22,873 nucleotides of DNA from a virus. Shown here in pieces: positions 7,648 to 17,323 of the stretch (its first letter is position 1; every line of letters begins with the position of its first letter). The DNA lies in UHGV virus genome UHGV-0188094; one strand, written 5' to 3'. Both the position numbers and the translations under genes were made by a program. The notes below the pieces were generated by a model, which was given only the letters and a program-made list of their open reading frames with translations, was not told the DNA's origin and searched no databases.

Positions 7648-10062
7648 TTAATACAGGTTCCGCCACTGATCATCTTCCTGCAAACGCTGGTTCCGATAGA
7701 AGATACGCAGGCCTGCTCCTGACGGAATACTGCCTCCGCGAAGGAGTAAATCGATCTCTTTCTCGCTGCCATCAAATCCTCTGGACTTCAGCTCATACAC
7801 GAGCTGCAGTCGCTGATGGTCTGTAATTCGCTGTTTGTAGTCTTTACGCCGTTTCGGTTTCACCAGGCGTAACCTTGCTGCCAGTTCCCGGCGCTCTTTT
7901 TTGCTCATACTGTGCAGGTAATCGTGCAACTCCTTGTCATCCATGCTGGTAATGTCCGTTCTGGGGTCCCCATCAGCTGATTTATCTTTCTCCTGTTGGT
8001 TCAAATTTTCAGCAAGGGGACAGTTATTGCCACGAGTCCAAGGGGCGCAAGCGCCCTGGTCGGCTGCCGCCTCCTGAACGTCAACGGCCTTACGAACCAT
8101 TTTCCACTTCACTGCATGAGTGCAGATCTTGCCCTCTGCAATGGGTGACCAGATGCCATAAATACGAATGCCGTGATCGCCATAGGCGGTCGGCTCTTCG
8201 TTGATTTCATAAGCGGTTCTGATCAGGTGATATTTGCGGGGAACCAGTACGCCGCCCTGCTTCATGATGTAGGTGGCAAAACAACCAGCATCAGCAGCAG
8301 CCAGGATTGCATCAAGGCGCGGGTTATCCAGTACCGGCGCACCTGCTTTTTTGTCCCCCTGTTGCCTTGCCGCCTGACCAGCCAGCAATCGCAGTTCACG
8401 GTAAGCCTGACGCCCCGGAATGCCAAAGAAGCGGAATTGCTGAACACGATGCAGAGACGCCCAGGCATTAACGTATTCAGCATTATCACGCAGGGATTTC
8501 CCCGTTTCCTTGCTGATCTCGCCAGCCAGACCACGCCCGTCAATGTTCTTACTGATGTATTTCGCGATGTAGCTTGTTGGCGTACCTTTGCGCGGGTTAA
8601 TCAACTCAGACTTAAAGCGCGGCCCAGTGTTATTGCCCAGCTCCTCGCGGTCTTCACGGATGGCAAACTTACGCAGTAATACAGTGATGGCGCGGCGGTC
8701 TTTTTTGCGCATAAAACACAACAGGTGCCAGTGAACTGTACCGTCATGATGCGGCTCAGCCACCCGCACGCCATACCAGCGCAATCCGGCTTTGTGCATC
8801 GCCTTACGAAATGCAGCAAACATGCCGACCAGGTAATCACTACTTTGTCTTACCGTCGCATTTGTCCAGGTTGGGTTGGGCCTGCCGTTATTTAGCGTGG
8901 AATGGAAACGTGACGGACAGGTGATGGTGTAGAAAACGGCACAGTCACTGCGCATTTCAGCGATAAGCTCCAGACCTTTAACACAGGCCATCATCTCATT
9001 GCGGCGATGCGCCGGGTTGCTGCTGCTGGCGTTTACCACATCTTCCATATCCAGCGTGTCACCGTCTTCGTTCACCAGTTCATGAGAACGGAAAAACTCC
9101 AGCGACTTACGGCGCTGCTCACGTTTATGCATCACGGCTTCATAGCTGACATAGGGAGATGCTTTTTTGCTGACCAGACAGACAGCACGCAACTGCTCTT
9201 CCCGCCATTCGCAACGCATCTTCCATAATTTCCTATACCACCAGTCGGCGCACAGCATACGCGCCAGCGAACCCGGAATGAGTTCATAGGGCACGGGTTT
9301 ACGGCGGTTTCTTTTCCGACGGAGTTGCTCAAACGCAGGCGGGATGACATCCAGTCGCAGGGTTTCTGCTGCCACCTTTTCCCATGTCTTGCGGATTTCT
9401 TCTGGCTTAACATCATCGGTGGCGTACAAATCACCACAAGCGGCATCAAGACACATGCTCATATGCGCAGCGACAAGAGTAGACAGGCGTTTCACCTGAT
9501 CCTGACTCATTTCAGGCAGGATCAGCAGGCCGTCCAGCCCTTCATGGCTTGCCATAAAGCGAAAAGAAGTGGATAGCTGACTCTCGCGTACATGCTCCAG
9601 TCGTTCCAGACATGGCTTAATCGTCTCACGCAAATAGCGGGAATAAGCCTTTGGCCTGCCCAGGCTGCTGAAGTATTCGATACGTTGCATCAGCGGCTTG
9701 CTGATGTGGGTGGGCTGGGCGCTGACATCTGCCAGAATGACCATGTCTGGGTTAAAACGCTGCTGCTCATGCGCCAGCTTTGCCCGACTAATGAGCTTAT
9801 CCTGCTCCATTTCGCGCTGGACAGGATCACGGGATTCATTAAAGAAATAACGCTCCCAGACCTGATCACTCAGTGCCTCACGGCGCAGCAGTTCCTGCTC
9901 GTTATCGGCAGCGTACAGAGTGATCAGGTTTGAAAGCGCAGAAACCGGCGCAACTTCCGCCGGGTCCAGATAAGGGTTAATGGCCTTTTTCGGGCTGTTC
10001 CATGAGAACGATGCGGAAGCCTCGTTAAAGCCGCAGCAGTTGTTCATATCGGCATGGTTCAT
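7648..10062 (-). CDS. P2/186 gpA-type replication initiation protein (rolling-circle endonuclease), 804 aa
   Basis: Large ORF in the position of gene A downstream of the lysogeny-switch genes. Identification is from recalled family resemblance and synteny. Its ATG overlaps the stop of the upstream Dam-like gene (ATGA). Confidence 0.8.
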   Translation of the reverse strand: MNHADMNNCCGFNEASASFSWNSPKKAINPYLDPAEVAPVSALSNLITLYAADNEQELLRREALSDQVWERYFFNESRDPVQREMEQDKLISRAKLAHEQQRFNPDMVILADVSAQPTHISKPLMQRIEYFSSLGRPKAYSRYLRETIKPCLERLEHVRESQLSTSFRFMASHEGLDGLLILPEMSQDQVKRLSTLVAAHMSMCLDAACGDLYATDDVKPEEIRKTWEKVAAETLRLDVIPPAFEQLRRKRNRRKPVPYELIPGSLARMLCADWWYRKLWKMRCEWREEQLRAVCLVSKKASPYVSYEAVMHKREQRRKSLEFFRSHELVNEDGDTLDMEDVVNASSSNPAHRRNEMMACVKGLELIAEMRSDCAVFYTITCPSRFHSTLNNGRPNPTWTNATVRQSSDYLVGMFAAFRKAMHKAGLRWYGVRVAEPHHDGTVHWHLLCFMRKKDRRAITVLLRKFAIREDREELGNNTGPRFKSELINPRKGTPTSYIAKYISKNIDGRGLAGEISKETGKSLRDNAEYVNAWASLHRVQQFRFFGIPGRQAYRELRLLAGQAARQQGDKKAGAPVLDNPRLDAILAAADAGCFATYIMKQGGVLVPRKYHLIRTAYEINEEPTAYGDHGIRIYGIWSPIAEGKICTHAVKWKMVRKAVDVQEAAADQGACAPWTRGNNCPLAENLNQQEKDKSADGDPRTDITSMDDKELHDYLHSMSKKERRELAARLRLVKPKRRKDYKQRITDHQRLQLVYELKSRGFDGSEKEIDLLLRGGSIPSGAGLRIFYRNQRLQEDDQWRNLY

Positions 10063-11018
10063 GCACGTACTCCGTACACGGCAGAACTATCCACGCCACG
10101 CGAATAATCAAATCCCACCCAGCAGCGCGGCCCGGAAACAGCGATGATTTCTGTTGCAGATTTACTCTCACCAGCTGCTACGCCGATGCTGCGTTTTGCC
10201 TTGATGTAGTGGTGAGTAAAATTGCGATACAGCGAACGGATCAGGGATGTGTCACTGTTAGAAATAATGACCGGATGTCCTTCTGATGACCGATGTTCAA
10301 GAACGGATGCCAGGTGATACTGGTCATCTTCAGTGAAGCCGTCAGTGTGATAACCGGAAAACGTGCCGTCATACGGCGGATCGCAATACACCACATCCCC
10401 CGCCTTCAACATCGCCAGCGTTTCATCAAAGCTGGCGCAGATAAACGTTGCCCGCTGGGCTTTTTCTGCAAATGCGCGAATTTCTTTTTCAGGAAAATAC
10501 GGATTTTTATAATTACCGTAGGGAATGTTGAAATGCCCGCTCTTGTTATAGCGACATAAACCACGGTAACCGTGACGATTGAGATACAGGAAATATACCG
10601 CTTTCATGAAATCAGTAATTTCAGTTGAGTAATTAAACTCCTGCCTTATGTTGTAATAAGCCACCTCCCTGTTTGCTTCCTCAAATAAAGCTCTGGCGCG
10701 AGATATAAACGATTCACAATCAGCAGCAACCTTTTTATAGAGGTTGATTAAATCAGGATTAATATCCGCAACAAGATAGCTGGGGTAGTGGATCTCCTGC
10801 GCTTCGTTCTGGATTGCTTCAGCGGTCACACGCAGCAGTTCTGCCGCTTCGACGTGGTTTAGCTGGCGGGATGTGATATGACACGCAAGACTATCAAGGC
10901 GGGCAGCCATTGCTTCAGCCCTTGCCCGGCGTTCTTCCAGACGAGCCTCTGTCAGTAAAATATTAAGCCCTGCGTCATCCGGTCCGATTTTAGTCGTGAG
11001 GGTTTCAATATTACGCAT
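10059..11018 (-). CDS. Dam-like N6-adenine DNA methyltransferase homolog with a replaced N-terminus that lacks the AdoMet-binding motif I
   Basis: The region [15 protein letters not shown]...[36 protein letters not shown]...[17 protein letters not shown]...PVIISNSD aligns to E. coli Dam from about residue 50 onward, including the DPPY catalytic motif. The first roughly 85 aa are Ala/Glu-rich helical sequence with no FxGxG or W-GGK motif. Start taken at the ATG at 11018 (RBS AGGAGA). Confidence 0.7.
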   Translation of the reverse strand: MRNIETLTTKIGPDDAGLNILLTEARLEERRARAEAMAARLDSLACHITSRQLNHVEAAELLRVTAEAIQNEAQEIHYPSYLVADINPDLINLYKKVAADCESFISRARALFEEANREVAYYNIRQEFNYSTEITDFMKAVYFLYLNRHGYRGLCRYNKSGHFNIPYGNYKNPYFPEKEIRAFAEKAQRATFICASFDETLAMLKAGDVVYCDPPYDGTFSGYHTDGFTEDDQYHLASVLEHRSSEGHPVIISNSDTSLIRSLYRNFTHHYIKAKRSIGVAAGESKSATEIIAVSGPRCWVGFDYSRGVDSSAVYGVRA

Positions 11019-11085
11019 AATCAATTCTCCTGAATTTAGATAAAGGGATGCCCGGCGGGTTTACGCCATTAATTTCATTAGCTGG

Positions 11086-11427
11086 TTAATTCGGCATGGT
11101 TAGCCGTCTGGGAAATAAGCTCACCACTGCACGAAAATGATTCATTGCTTTAATCAACTCCCGCTTTTCGTCAGTGGTCAGCTCATTAATGCTGATGCTA
11201 TGACGTTCAGCTGGAATTTTTGCCATAAAGAATATGGCAGCCAGTGCCCGTTTATTTTGTTCGCTATTAATATCCCGTGGATCACGCATATCTTTAATAA
11301 ACCGCTCAAGCTCTGACTCAATATTAAGACCAAAAACTTTCGCTCTTAATTCCGCAATGTGATTAAGTCCATTCAGGCGTTCACCGGGGCTTAATGGAAC
11401 AGTCGCCGCAGCGCCTTCAATAGCCAT
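11086..11427 (-). CDS. Hypothetical phage early-region protein (113 aa)
   Basis: ORF with RBS GGGGGA 4 nt upstream of the ATG, in the early rightward operon between cII/fil and A. Confidence 0.5.
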   Translation of the reverse strand: MAIEGAAATVPLSPGERLNGLNHIAELRAKVFGLNIESELERFIKDMRDPRDINSEQNKRALAAIFFMAKIPAERHSISINELTTDEKRELIKAMNHFRAVVSLFPRRLTMPN

Positions 11428-11591
11428 TTGTTCCCCCGTTTTTTCGTTGATAGTTCTGCCAACAATTCATCTTGCGAACGGCACGGATGCCAGCGTTTAC
11501 CATCCTCACCCATGATCCAGCCGTGACCGTAGTGCATTGCCGGACTTTGTTTTACCAGCAGCGATGCAAATGATGGTTCTTTCGTCAGCAT
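11391..11591 (-). CDS. Small early-region protein (66 aa), at the position of 186 fil
   Basis: Internal Met (MLTKEPSFASL...) with RBS GAGGTG; starts 8 nt after the cII stop. Overlaps the next ORF by 37 nt in a different frame. Function is assigned by position only. Confidence 0.4.
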   Translation of the reverse strand: MLTKEPSFASLLVKQSPAMHYGHGWIMGEDGKRWHPCRSQDELLAELSTKKRGNKWLLKALRRLFH

Positions 11592-11598
11592 AAGCACC

Positions 11599-12108
11599 TC
11601 ACAGCAAACCGAATGAAGCACCGAGGCCAGTCACGGTATCAACTGCACTCGCCATCGCAGGATTAGCCTGTAAACGGGCCTGCAATGAAACAGCCGCCAG
11701 CGCCATCAGTCGTGTAACAGAGTTAATGCTGCTGATCGCATCACGACGGCCTGCACTGGTTTTTACATCGCCAGAAACCGCACCTGCCGCAACACGCCCG
11801 ATCTCTGCGGTTGCACTCATGACGTAATGTGGCAGTTTCTCTTTTGCTACCTCATTAATCGGTACACATGGCAGGCAGTGAATCTGTGCCAGAAAACCAT
11901 CTATCAGCGTTGAGTCTTCTGTCAGATCGGTAAGCAGCCAGATTTCTGGCGCATTGAGCTGATGCGGTTGATCTGGGTTGAGTTTGTTTCGCAGTGTCTG
12001 AACATTCATTCCTGCACGTTCTGCCAGCTTCGCCATATTGTGATGTAGTGCAAAAGCTCTACAGGCTTCATCAAAATGCGGGTGTTTGGAAATCTTATAA
12101 TCAAACAT
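11599..12108 (-). CDS. cII: 186 CII-like transcriptional activator (169 aa)
   Basis: Same length as 186 CII; N-terminal HTH region ...AKLAERAGMNVQTLRNKLNPDQPHQLNAPEIWLLTDLTEDSTLIDGFLAQIHCLPC...; sits after apl as in 186. Confidence 0.8.
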   Translation of the reverse strand: MFDYKISKHPHFDEACRAFALHHNMAKLAERAGMNVQTLRNKLNPDQPHQLNAPEIWLLTDLTEDSTLIDGFLAQIHCLPCVPINEVAKEKLPHYVMSATAEIGRVAAGAVSGDVKTSAGRRDAISSINSVTRLMALAAVSLQARLQANPAMASAVDTVTGLGASFGLL

Positions 12109-12140
12109 GCTACCCCCTTAGAAAGTTCTCATAATTGAAC

Positions 12141-12383
12141 TTACTTACCAACAATGACGCGGAAGTTGGAATGACCGAGGGATTCACGGACCTGATCGGT
12201 TTTGTACATTAAATAACGCAGGCTTACGCGGCCTTTGTTTTTTTCTTTCTTGACCATGTATTTAGCAAGCTGACCATGGTGAATTTTTTGATACACGGAG
12301 CCGCGGGAGATACCTTCCCATTCCGCGAACTCAGCAGGCGTTGCCATCTCTTTTGGTACACGAATTGAAATATCAGTACTCAT
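12141..12383 (-). CDS. apl: Apl/Cox-type excisionase and switch regulator (80 aa)
   Basis: Small HTH protein (ATPAEFAEWEGISRGSVYQKIHHGQL), first gene of the operon divergent from cI, as with 186 apl and P2 cox. Confidence 0.65.
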   Translation of the reverse strand: MSTDISIRVPKEMATPAEFAEWEGISRGSVYQKIHHGQLAKYMVKKEKNKGRVSLRYLMYKTDQVRESLGHSNFRVIVGK

Positions 12384-12499
12384 AGTGCAGTATCTCTTAG
12401 TTTGGTTTCGTTTTATCTTGTTTTATGTGGTTTGGTTTTGCTTTTCAAACCATAAATGGATATTAGGATCACTTTTTATATACGTCAAGAGGTTTGATT
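12384..12499. promoter_or_regulatory. Divergent promoter/operator region of the lysis-lysogeny switch (pR/pL analog)
   Basis: 116-bp intergenic region between the divergent apl and cI genes, with iterated ggttt/gttttg motifs. Individual promoter hexamers were not resolved. Confidence 0.5.
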
Positions 12500-13132
12500 A
12501 TGAGTTTAATAAAGGCGGGAAATGATAGTGGTGGGCGCGATGCAATTAACAGGCTTATTAAGGCTTACAACTTCAGCTCACGACAGCAGCTCTGCGAACA
12601 TCTGGAAGTATCAAAAAGCACTATGGCTAACAGATACTTAAGGGATAGCTTTCCTGCCGAATGGGTAATTCAATGTGCCCTTGAAACAGGAGCTTCCCTT
12701 CTATGGCTGGCTACTGGTCAAGGAGATATGTATGCGTGTGAGAACGAAGAAACAAATCTCAAAAATGAACCTCCTGTCACTGTAAGACCACTTTCTAAGA
12801 TCGTTGCTCCTAGCATCAAACGTGTTGAACTGAAGAACGGCGAACTGCAGCCAAGTGATGAAATTCTTCTTGATAGCAGCCTGCTCGATGGTGACTCATC
12901 CAACGCTTTATTTGTTAAAACAGCTAATAATAGCTTTGTAGTGGATACGTCCGTTAAACAAGTCAGTAATGGCTTCTGGTTAGTCGATATGGACGGAGTT
13001 AAAAGCATCGTTAAAATTGCGCGCATACCCGGAAACAAAATAGTAGTTAACCAAGATGACACTTCATTTGAATGTTCTGTAGATGATGTGGAAGTCGTAG
13101 GACGTGCAGTCAAAGTAATCAAGAACCTCTAA
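12500..13132 (+). CDS. cI: CI-type immunity repressor, two-domain (186 CI-like), about 210 aa
   Basis: N-terminal HTH (SSRQQLCEHLEVSKSTMANRYL...) resembling P2 C and 186 CI, plus a C-terminal domain. ATG at 12500 is preferred over the TTG at 12494 because of the RBS AAGAGG 7 nt upstream. Co-oriented with and just upstream of int. Confidence 0.7.
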   Translation: MSLIKAGNDSGGRDAINRLIKAYNFSSRQQLCEHLEVSKSTMANRYLRDSFPAEWVIQCALETGASLLWLATGQGDMYACENEETNLKNEPPVTVRPLSKIVAPSIKRVELKNGELQPSDEILLDSSLLDGDSSNALFVKTANNSFVVDTSVKQVSNGFWLVDMDGVKSIVKIARIPGNKIVVNQDDTSFECSVDDVEVVGRAVKVIKNL

Positions 13133-13135
13133 CTT

Positions 13136-14155
13136 ATGACCATCAGAAAACAGCCGAACGGAAAATGGTTGTGTGAGTGCTATCCCAATGGACGCAATGG
13201 TAAGCGCGTGCGTAAGCAATTTGCTACCAAAGGCGAAGCCATTGCGTTTGAAAGCTTCACAATGGAAGAAGTGAACAAAAAACCGTGGTTAGGAGAAAAG
13301 GATGATCGGCGACACCTATCAGAATTAATTGAGCTTTGGTATTCCCTGTATGGTCAGACACTCGCAGACCCCAAGCGCCTCATGGCGAAACTTAGAATTA
13401 TCTGTAATGGTCTAGGCGACCCCATCGCCTCAGAACTGACAGCCGGTGACTTTACGAAATACCGCGAAGCACGGTTAAAAGGTGAAGTACGAAATGAAGA
13501 TGGGACGCTTATGTCGCCCGTTAAGCCCCGCACGGTAAACCTCGAACAGCGCAATCTATCATCGGTGTTCGGTACATTAAAAAAACTAGGACACTGGTCA
13601 GCACCAAACCCGCTGGCAGGACTTCCAACCTTCAAAATTGCCGAAGGTGAGCTGGCTTTTCTTTCCATGGACGAAATCAAGCGCCTGTTGGCTGCATGTG
13701 CTGAATCTCAAAGCCCCAGCTTATTAATGATTGCCAAAATATGTTTGGCTACCGGCGCACGTTGGAGCGAAGCCGAAAACCTGCATGGCCACCAAATATC
13801 GAAATACCGAATTACTTATATAAAGACAAAAGGTAAGAAAAACAGAACAGTACCGATATCACAGGAACTATATGACGAACTCCCCAAGCACAGAGGGAAG
13901 TTATTCACGCCATGCAGAAAAGCCTTTGAGCGTGCAGTAAAGCGGGCCGGTATTGAACTTCCGGAGGGGCAATGCACCCATGTATTACGTCATACATTCG
14001 CCAGCCATTTTATGATGAACGGCGGAAACATACTGGTACTACGCGATATTCTGGGCCATGTGGATATAAAAATGACGATGATTTATGCCCACTTTTCCCC
14101 TGACCACCTAGAAGATGCGGTAACAAAAAACCCACTGTTTAATTTAAAATGGTAA
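13136..14155 (+). CDS. int: P2/186-type tyrosine integrase (339 aa)
   Basis: N-terminus ...GRNGKRVRKQF..KGEA.AFE... and C-terminal motifs ...ATGARWSEA..., ...HVLRHTFASHF..., ...GHVDIKMTMIYAHF parallel P2 Int (R, H-x-x-R, catalytic Y). Confidence 0.85.
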   Translation: MTIRKQPNGKWLCECYPNGRNGKRVRKQFATKGEAIAFESFTMEEVNKKPWLGEKDDRRHLSELIELWYSLYGQTLADPKRLMAKLRIICNGLGDPIASELTAGDFTKYREARLKGEVRNEDGTLMSPVKPRTVNLEQRNLSSVFGTLKKLGHWSAPNPLAGLPTFKIAEGELAFLSMDEIKRLLAACAESQSPSLLMIAKICLATGARWSEAENLHGHQISKYRITYIKTKGKKNRTVPISQELYDELPKHRGKLFTPCRKAFERAVKRAGIELPEGQCTHVLRHTFASHFMMNGGNILVLRDILGHVDIKMTMIYAHFSPDHLEDAVTKNPLFNLKW

Positions 14156-15690
14156 ATTTAACGATGAAAAGATTGAAATCAGTTTCCGATGCAGTTATCC
14201 AACTCAGATTAAATGCGGTAAAAGCAAGTATTCAAAGCGTCAATCCAAACGAGTTTATAACACATTGCCTTGATTATAACCTCCAGAAATTTAACAATCA
14301 GCTTGAAATGTTACAACACCTACCATGGGTTGTGAATTTATGCATTAAATGGTCCGCCAGTGCGCTGGGTAAAAAACGGAAATTTAAACATATTGACAGA
14401 CCTGGTGCTGTCAGGTTGCTACAACGAGCATATGAGGAACTAAGTATAATTCCAACTGGTCTGGAAAATATAGACAAAGGGATTAACTTTTTCCTTAGAA
14501 ATACGTTATATCAACAAGGTATTTATCAAAGATTAGATGCTTTAAATACAATTAGCAGACAAGTTTTCTTGTTTTCTTCCTTAGATGACAACAATAGAAT
14601 CAAGCGTAGATTCAAAGAACTTACTGATGTTGATATAAACGATTTTCTAAAACTATCATTTGTGTTAGTATCACTCGTTACCTTACAAGCACCAGTAAAG
14701 AAAATAACAATAGATTCTTTCGCAGCTCTTTACTCCGTAATACCTAAAGATACAATCGAGAAATTTCTGAATACTATATCTATCCCTTACGAAGAACTAG
14801 CTCGGTTTTGCTGTACAAAAGATAATGAGACACCTTTAGTAGAATATTATGCTCCATCGCCTTTCTTAGAAAAACCTTTCATCAAATTCGAAGGAAATTA
14901 TCACCAAATACATACGCAGCTAACTTCGACCAGTATACAAACCTTTATATATGATTTGCTTCGCAGAGATGATGCAGAATCGTTCATGGACAAATTTGGG
15001 CGAGTTTTCGAAAATGCAGTCAACCAGCTATTAGATGAAAGTGGAATTGCTTATATTGCTGAAGGAAATTTAAAAGAATATCTACCTCAAGAGAATAAAG
15101 TTGTAGATTTTCTACTACCTCATGATGAAGCTAACATTTTCATCGATGCTAAAGGTGTTGAGATAAACCAAAAGGGAATGGTTACACTACGACCAGGGGA
15201 TATTTCTGCCAATATAAAAAGCTCCGTATTAAAAACTATAGAACAAGCACACTCAGTAAATAGAGAGCTAATTAAAAAAGGTAACCAAAATTTTTCTTTT
15301 AAAAAAGAGTCCTACATTTTATGTCTTACTTATAAAAATTTATTCCTTGGAAATGGTACATTTCTAAATAAATCCTATGCTAACATCGAAATGAAAAAAA
15401 TCCGAGATAGGCATTCAGAAGAATATCAAATACCTGATGAGAACATTTTCTGCATATCATTTGAGGAATTCGAGTATCTGCTATCTTCTTGCAAGGAATA
15501 CTCAAAACCTGTACATGAGGTACTGCGAGAAGCTGTAGTTAGAAACCAAACACCATCAAGTGCAGTTTTCCTTTTTGCACATCATATCCGTGACTCATTC
15601 CCCAAAATACGTTCATCTGAGATCGTCAGGCTCGCAGGCTTGAGCGAGATCAACCATATCGTTGAACGATTAGAGCAAGCTGGCTCTTGA
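14149..15690 (+). CDS. Cargo protein (513 aa) with a central PD-(D/E)xK-like nuclease motif; function unknown, candidate defense or abortive-infection factor
   Basis: AT-rich ORF whose ATG overlaps the last codons of int. Candidate motif E305 ... VVD320FLLP ... IFID333AK335 (about 15046..15170). No family recognised by eye. Confidence 0.55.
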   Translation: MVNLTMKRLKSVSDAVIQLRLNAVKASIQSVNPNEFITHCLDYNLQKFNNQLEMLQHLPWVVNLCIKWSASALGKKRKFKHIDRPGAVRLLQRAYEELSIIPTGLENIDKGINFFLRNTLYQQGIYQRLDALNTISRQVFLFSSLDDNNRIKRRFKELTDVDINDFLKLSFVLVSLVTLQAPVKKITIDSFAALYSVIPKDTIEKFLNTISIPYEELARFCCTKDNETPLVEYYAPSPFLEKPFIKFEGNYHQIHTQLTSTSIQTFIYDLLRRDDAESFMDKFGRVFENAVNQLLDESGIAYIAEGNLKEYLPQENKVVDFLLPHDEANIFIDAKGVEINQKGMVTLRPGDISANIKSSVLKTIEQAHSVNRELIKKGNQNFSFKKESYILCLTYKNLFLGNGTFLNKSYANIEMKKIRDRHSEEYQIPDENIFCISFEEFEYLLSSCKEYSKPVHEVLREAVVRNQTPSSAVFLFAHHIRDSFPKIRSSEIVRLAGLSEINHIVERLEQAGS

Positions 15691-15819
15691 TTGCACAATT
15701 GCAAATTGGCGACAAATTGGCGGCAGAGCATTAAAAATGCGTAAAATAAACAAACACCAAATAATACTAATATGCTGTTTTAAAACATAAATATATGTTT
15801 TTATCATAATAATAATGGT

Positions 15820-15868
15820 ATGTAGGAATTTCGGACGCGGGTTCAACTCCCGCCAGCTCCACCAAATA
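15820..15868. repeat. attR of the P2/186-type prophage and attL of the downstream island: second copy of the 49-bp ssrA 3' end
   Basis: Identical to 533..581. Confidence 0.85.
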
Positions 15869-15898
15869 TTGATGTACTGAAGTTCAGTAAAGTCTACT

Positions 15899-15933
15899 AA
15901 GCCCGCACAGCACAAGCTCTGCGGGCTTTTTTA
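15899..15933 (+). terminator. Rho-independent terminator after the second ssrA 3'-end copy
   Basis: Stem gcccgcacag...ctctgcgggc followed by TTTTTT (15927..15932). Confidence 0.6.
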
Positions 15934-16030
15934 CGTCTATTGTAGTCTAGTGAGAATTGCTGAGAACTACGAGTTATGGCACCCTGAATGGGACCCACGA
16001 AGATGGGTCCTAAAATCGAGGGTCCCAAAC

Positions 16031-17260
16031 ATGGCCAAAATCGCTAAGAAGCTCACTGACACTGAAATCAAAAGCACCAAACCTGCCGAAAAAGAGGTTA
16101 ACCTTTTTGACGGCGATGGTTTGCTGTTGCGAATCGCTCCCCTGGCGAAGGGAGGGAAGAAAAATTGGTATTTCAGATATGCAGTGCCTGTGACCAAAAA
16201 GCGAACTAAGGTGAGCTTAGGAACCTATCCTCACCTTACACTTGCGAAGGCACGAGCTTTACGTGATGAATACTTGTCGTTGCTTACAAATGGTATAGAC
16301 CCCCAAGTTCATAACAACCAAAAAGCCAATGCACTGAAAGATGCCACGGAACATACATTTCAAGCAGTAGCCAAGAAGTGGCTTGATGAGAAAGTCAAAA
16401 CGTCAGGCATCTCCCAAGATCATGCTAACGACATCTGGCGAAGCCTAGAGAGAAATATCTTTTCCACATTGGGTGATACCCCAATTAAGGAGATTCGCCC
16501 TAAAATGCTTAAACAGCATTTAGAACCCATAGAAAAACGAGGTGTCCTTGAAACACTTCGCCGCATCATATCCCGCCTGAATGAAATTTTCCGCTATGCA
16601 GCAACAGAAGAACTCATAGAATTCAACCCGGCAGACAACCTGGGGCAACGGTTCAGCAAGCCAAAAAAACAGAATATGCCAGCATTACCCCCTTCCGAAC
16701 TCCCTCGCTTCTTGGTTGCTCTAAACAATGCTTCTATCCGTTTGGAAACAAGGCTACTGATTGAGTGGCAACTTCTCACATGGGTTCGCCCAGGTGAAGC
16801 TGTTCGCACAAGATGGTCAGATATTGATATTGAAACTGGCATGTGGAACATCCCGGCGGAGTTTATGAAAATGAAGAAGCCTCACAAAGTTCCACTGAGC
16901 AAAGAAGCTTTGCGAGTTTTGGATTTAATGAAAGTCATCAGCGGGCATAGAGAGTGGGTGTTCCCCAGTATCAAAGCTCCACTCAATCACATGCATGAAC
17001 AAACAGCTAATGCGGCCATAATCCGTATGGGTTTCGGAGGTGAGCTTGTAGCTCACGGTATGCGATCCATTGCTAGAACGGCTGCTGAGGAGTCTGGCAA
17101 GTTTAGGACTGATGTCTTAGAAGCCGCCCTTGCCCACTCGAAGAAAGATGAAATAATTGCAGCCTACAATCGTGCAGAGTATCTCACTGAACGGGTGGTT
17201 CTCATGCAATGGTGGAGTGACTATGTTTCGTCTCAAAAATGCAAAGTTATTGCCGCATAA
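16031..17260 (+). CDS. P4-family tyrosine integrase (IntA/SlpA-like)
   Basis: MAKIAKKLTDTEIKSTKPAEKEVNLFDGDGL..., ...DIWRSLERNIF..., ...VPLSKEALRVLD..., ...HGMRSIARTA..., ...AYNRAEYLTERVVLMQWW are P4-integrase hallmarks. Start taken at the ATG at 16031; the ORF track's upstream GTG at 15950 would run into the terminator. Confidence 0.85.
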   Translation: MAKIAKKLTDTEIKSTKPAEKEVNLFDGDGLLLRIAPLAKGGKKNWYFRYAVPVTKKRTKVSLGTYPHLTLAKARALRDEYLSLLTNGIDPQVHNNQKANALKDATEHTFQAVAKKWLDEKVKTSGISQDHANDIWRSLERNIFSTLGDTPIKEIRPKMLKQHLEPIEKRGVLETLRRIISRLNEIFRYAATEELIEFNPADNLGQRFSKPKKQNMPALPPSELPRFLVALNNASIRLETRLLIEWQLLTWVRPGEAVRTRWSDIDIETGMWNIPAEFMKMKKPHKVPLSKEALRVLDLMKVISGHREWVFPSIKAPLNHMHEQTANAAIIRMGFGGELVAHGMRSIARTAAEESGKFRTDVLEAALAHSKKDEIIAAYNRAEYLTERVVLMQWWSDYVSSQKCKVIAA

Positions 17261-17323
17261 CTCTCCCATGATGGATTAACTATCTTGATTTAGTTAAAGA
17301 ATTAATAATCACACCATTAACCT

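Larger units (their letters stand above)
533..15868. mobile_element. Defective P2/186-type (Fels-2-like) prophage integrated at the 3' end of ssrA, inverted relative to the canonical P2 map
   Basis: Bounded by the 49-bp direct repeats. Gene order ogr-D-U'-N'-Q'-[cargo]-cos-like-DinI-like-A-dam-like-cII-apl-cI-int matches a reversed P2/186 prophage; the morphogenesis genes are mostly deleted. Confidence 0.75.

Noticed and set aside
8173-9933. ORFs on both strands inside the gene A region (8173..8679, 8262..8543, 8601..8840, 9007..9228, 9132..9449, 9325..9576, 9592..9933)
   Set aside because: Nested within or antisense to the 804-aa replication gene; no RBS or family signal; typical GC-rich shadow ORFs.
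12718-13122. 134-aa minus-strand ORF inside cI
   Set aside because: Antisense to the CI-type repressor gene; Ser/Thr/Leu-rich with no start context.
15950-16030. Upstream GTG start for the P4-type integrase (ORF track 15950)
   Set aside because: It would begin inside or just after the terminator hairpin and add a non-conserved extension; MAKIAKKLTDTEIK at 16031 matches the usual integrase N-terminus.
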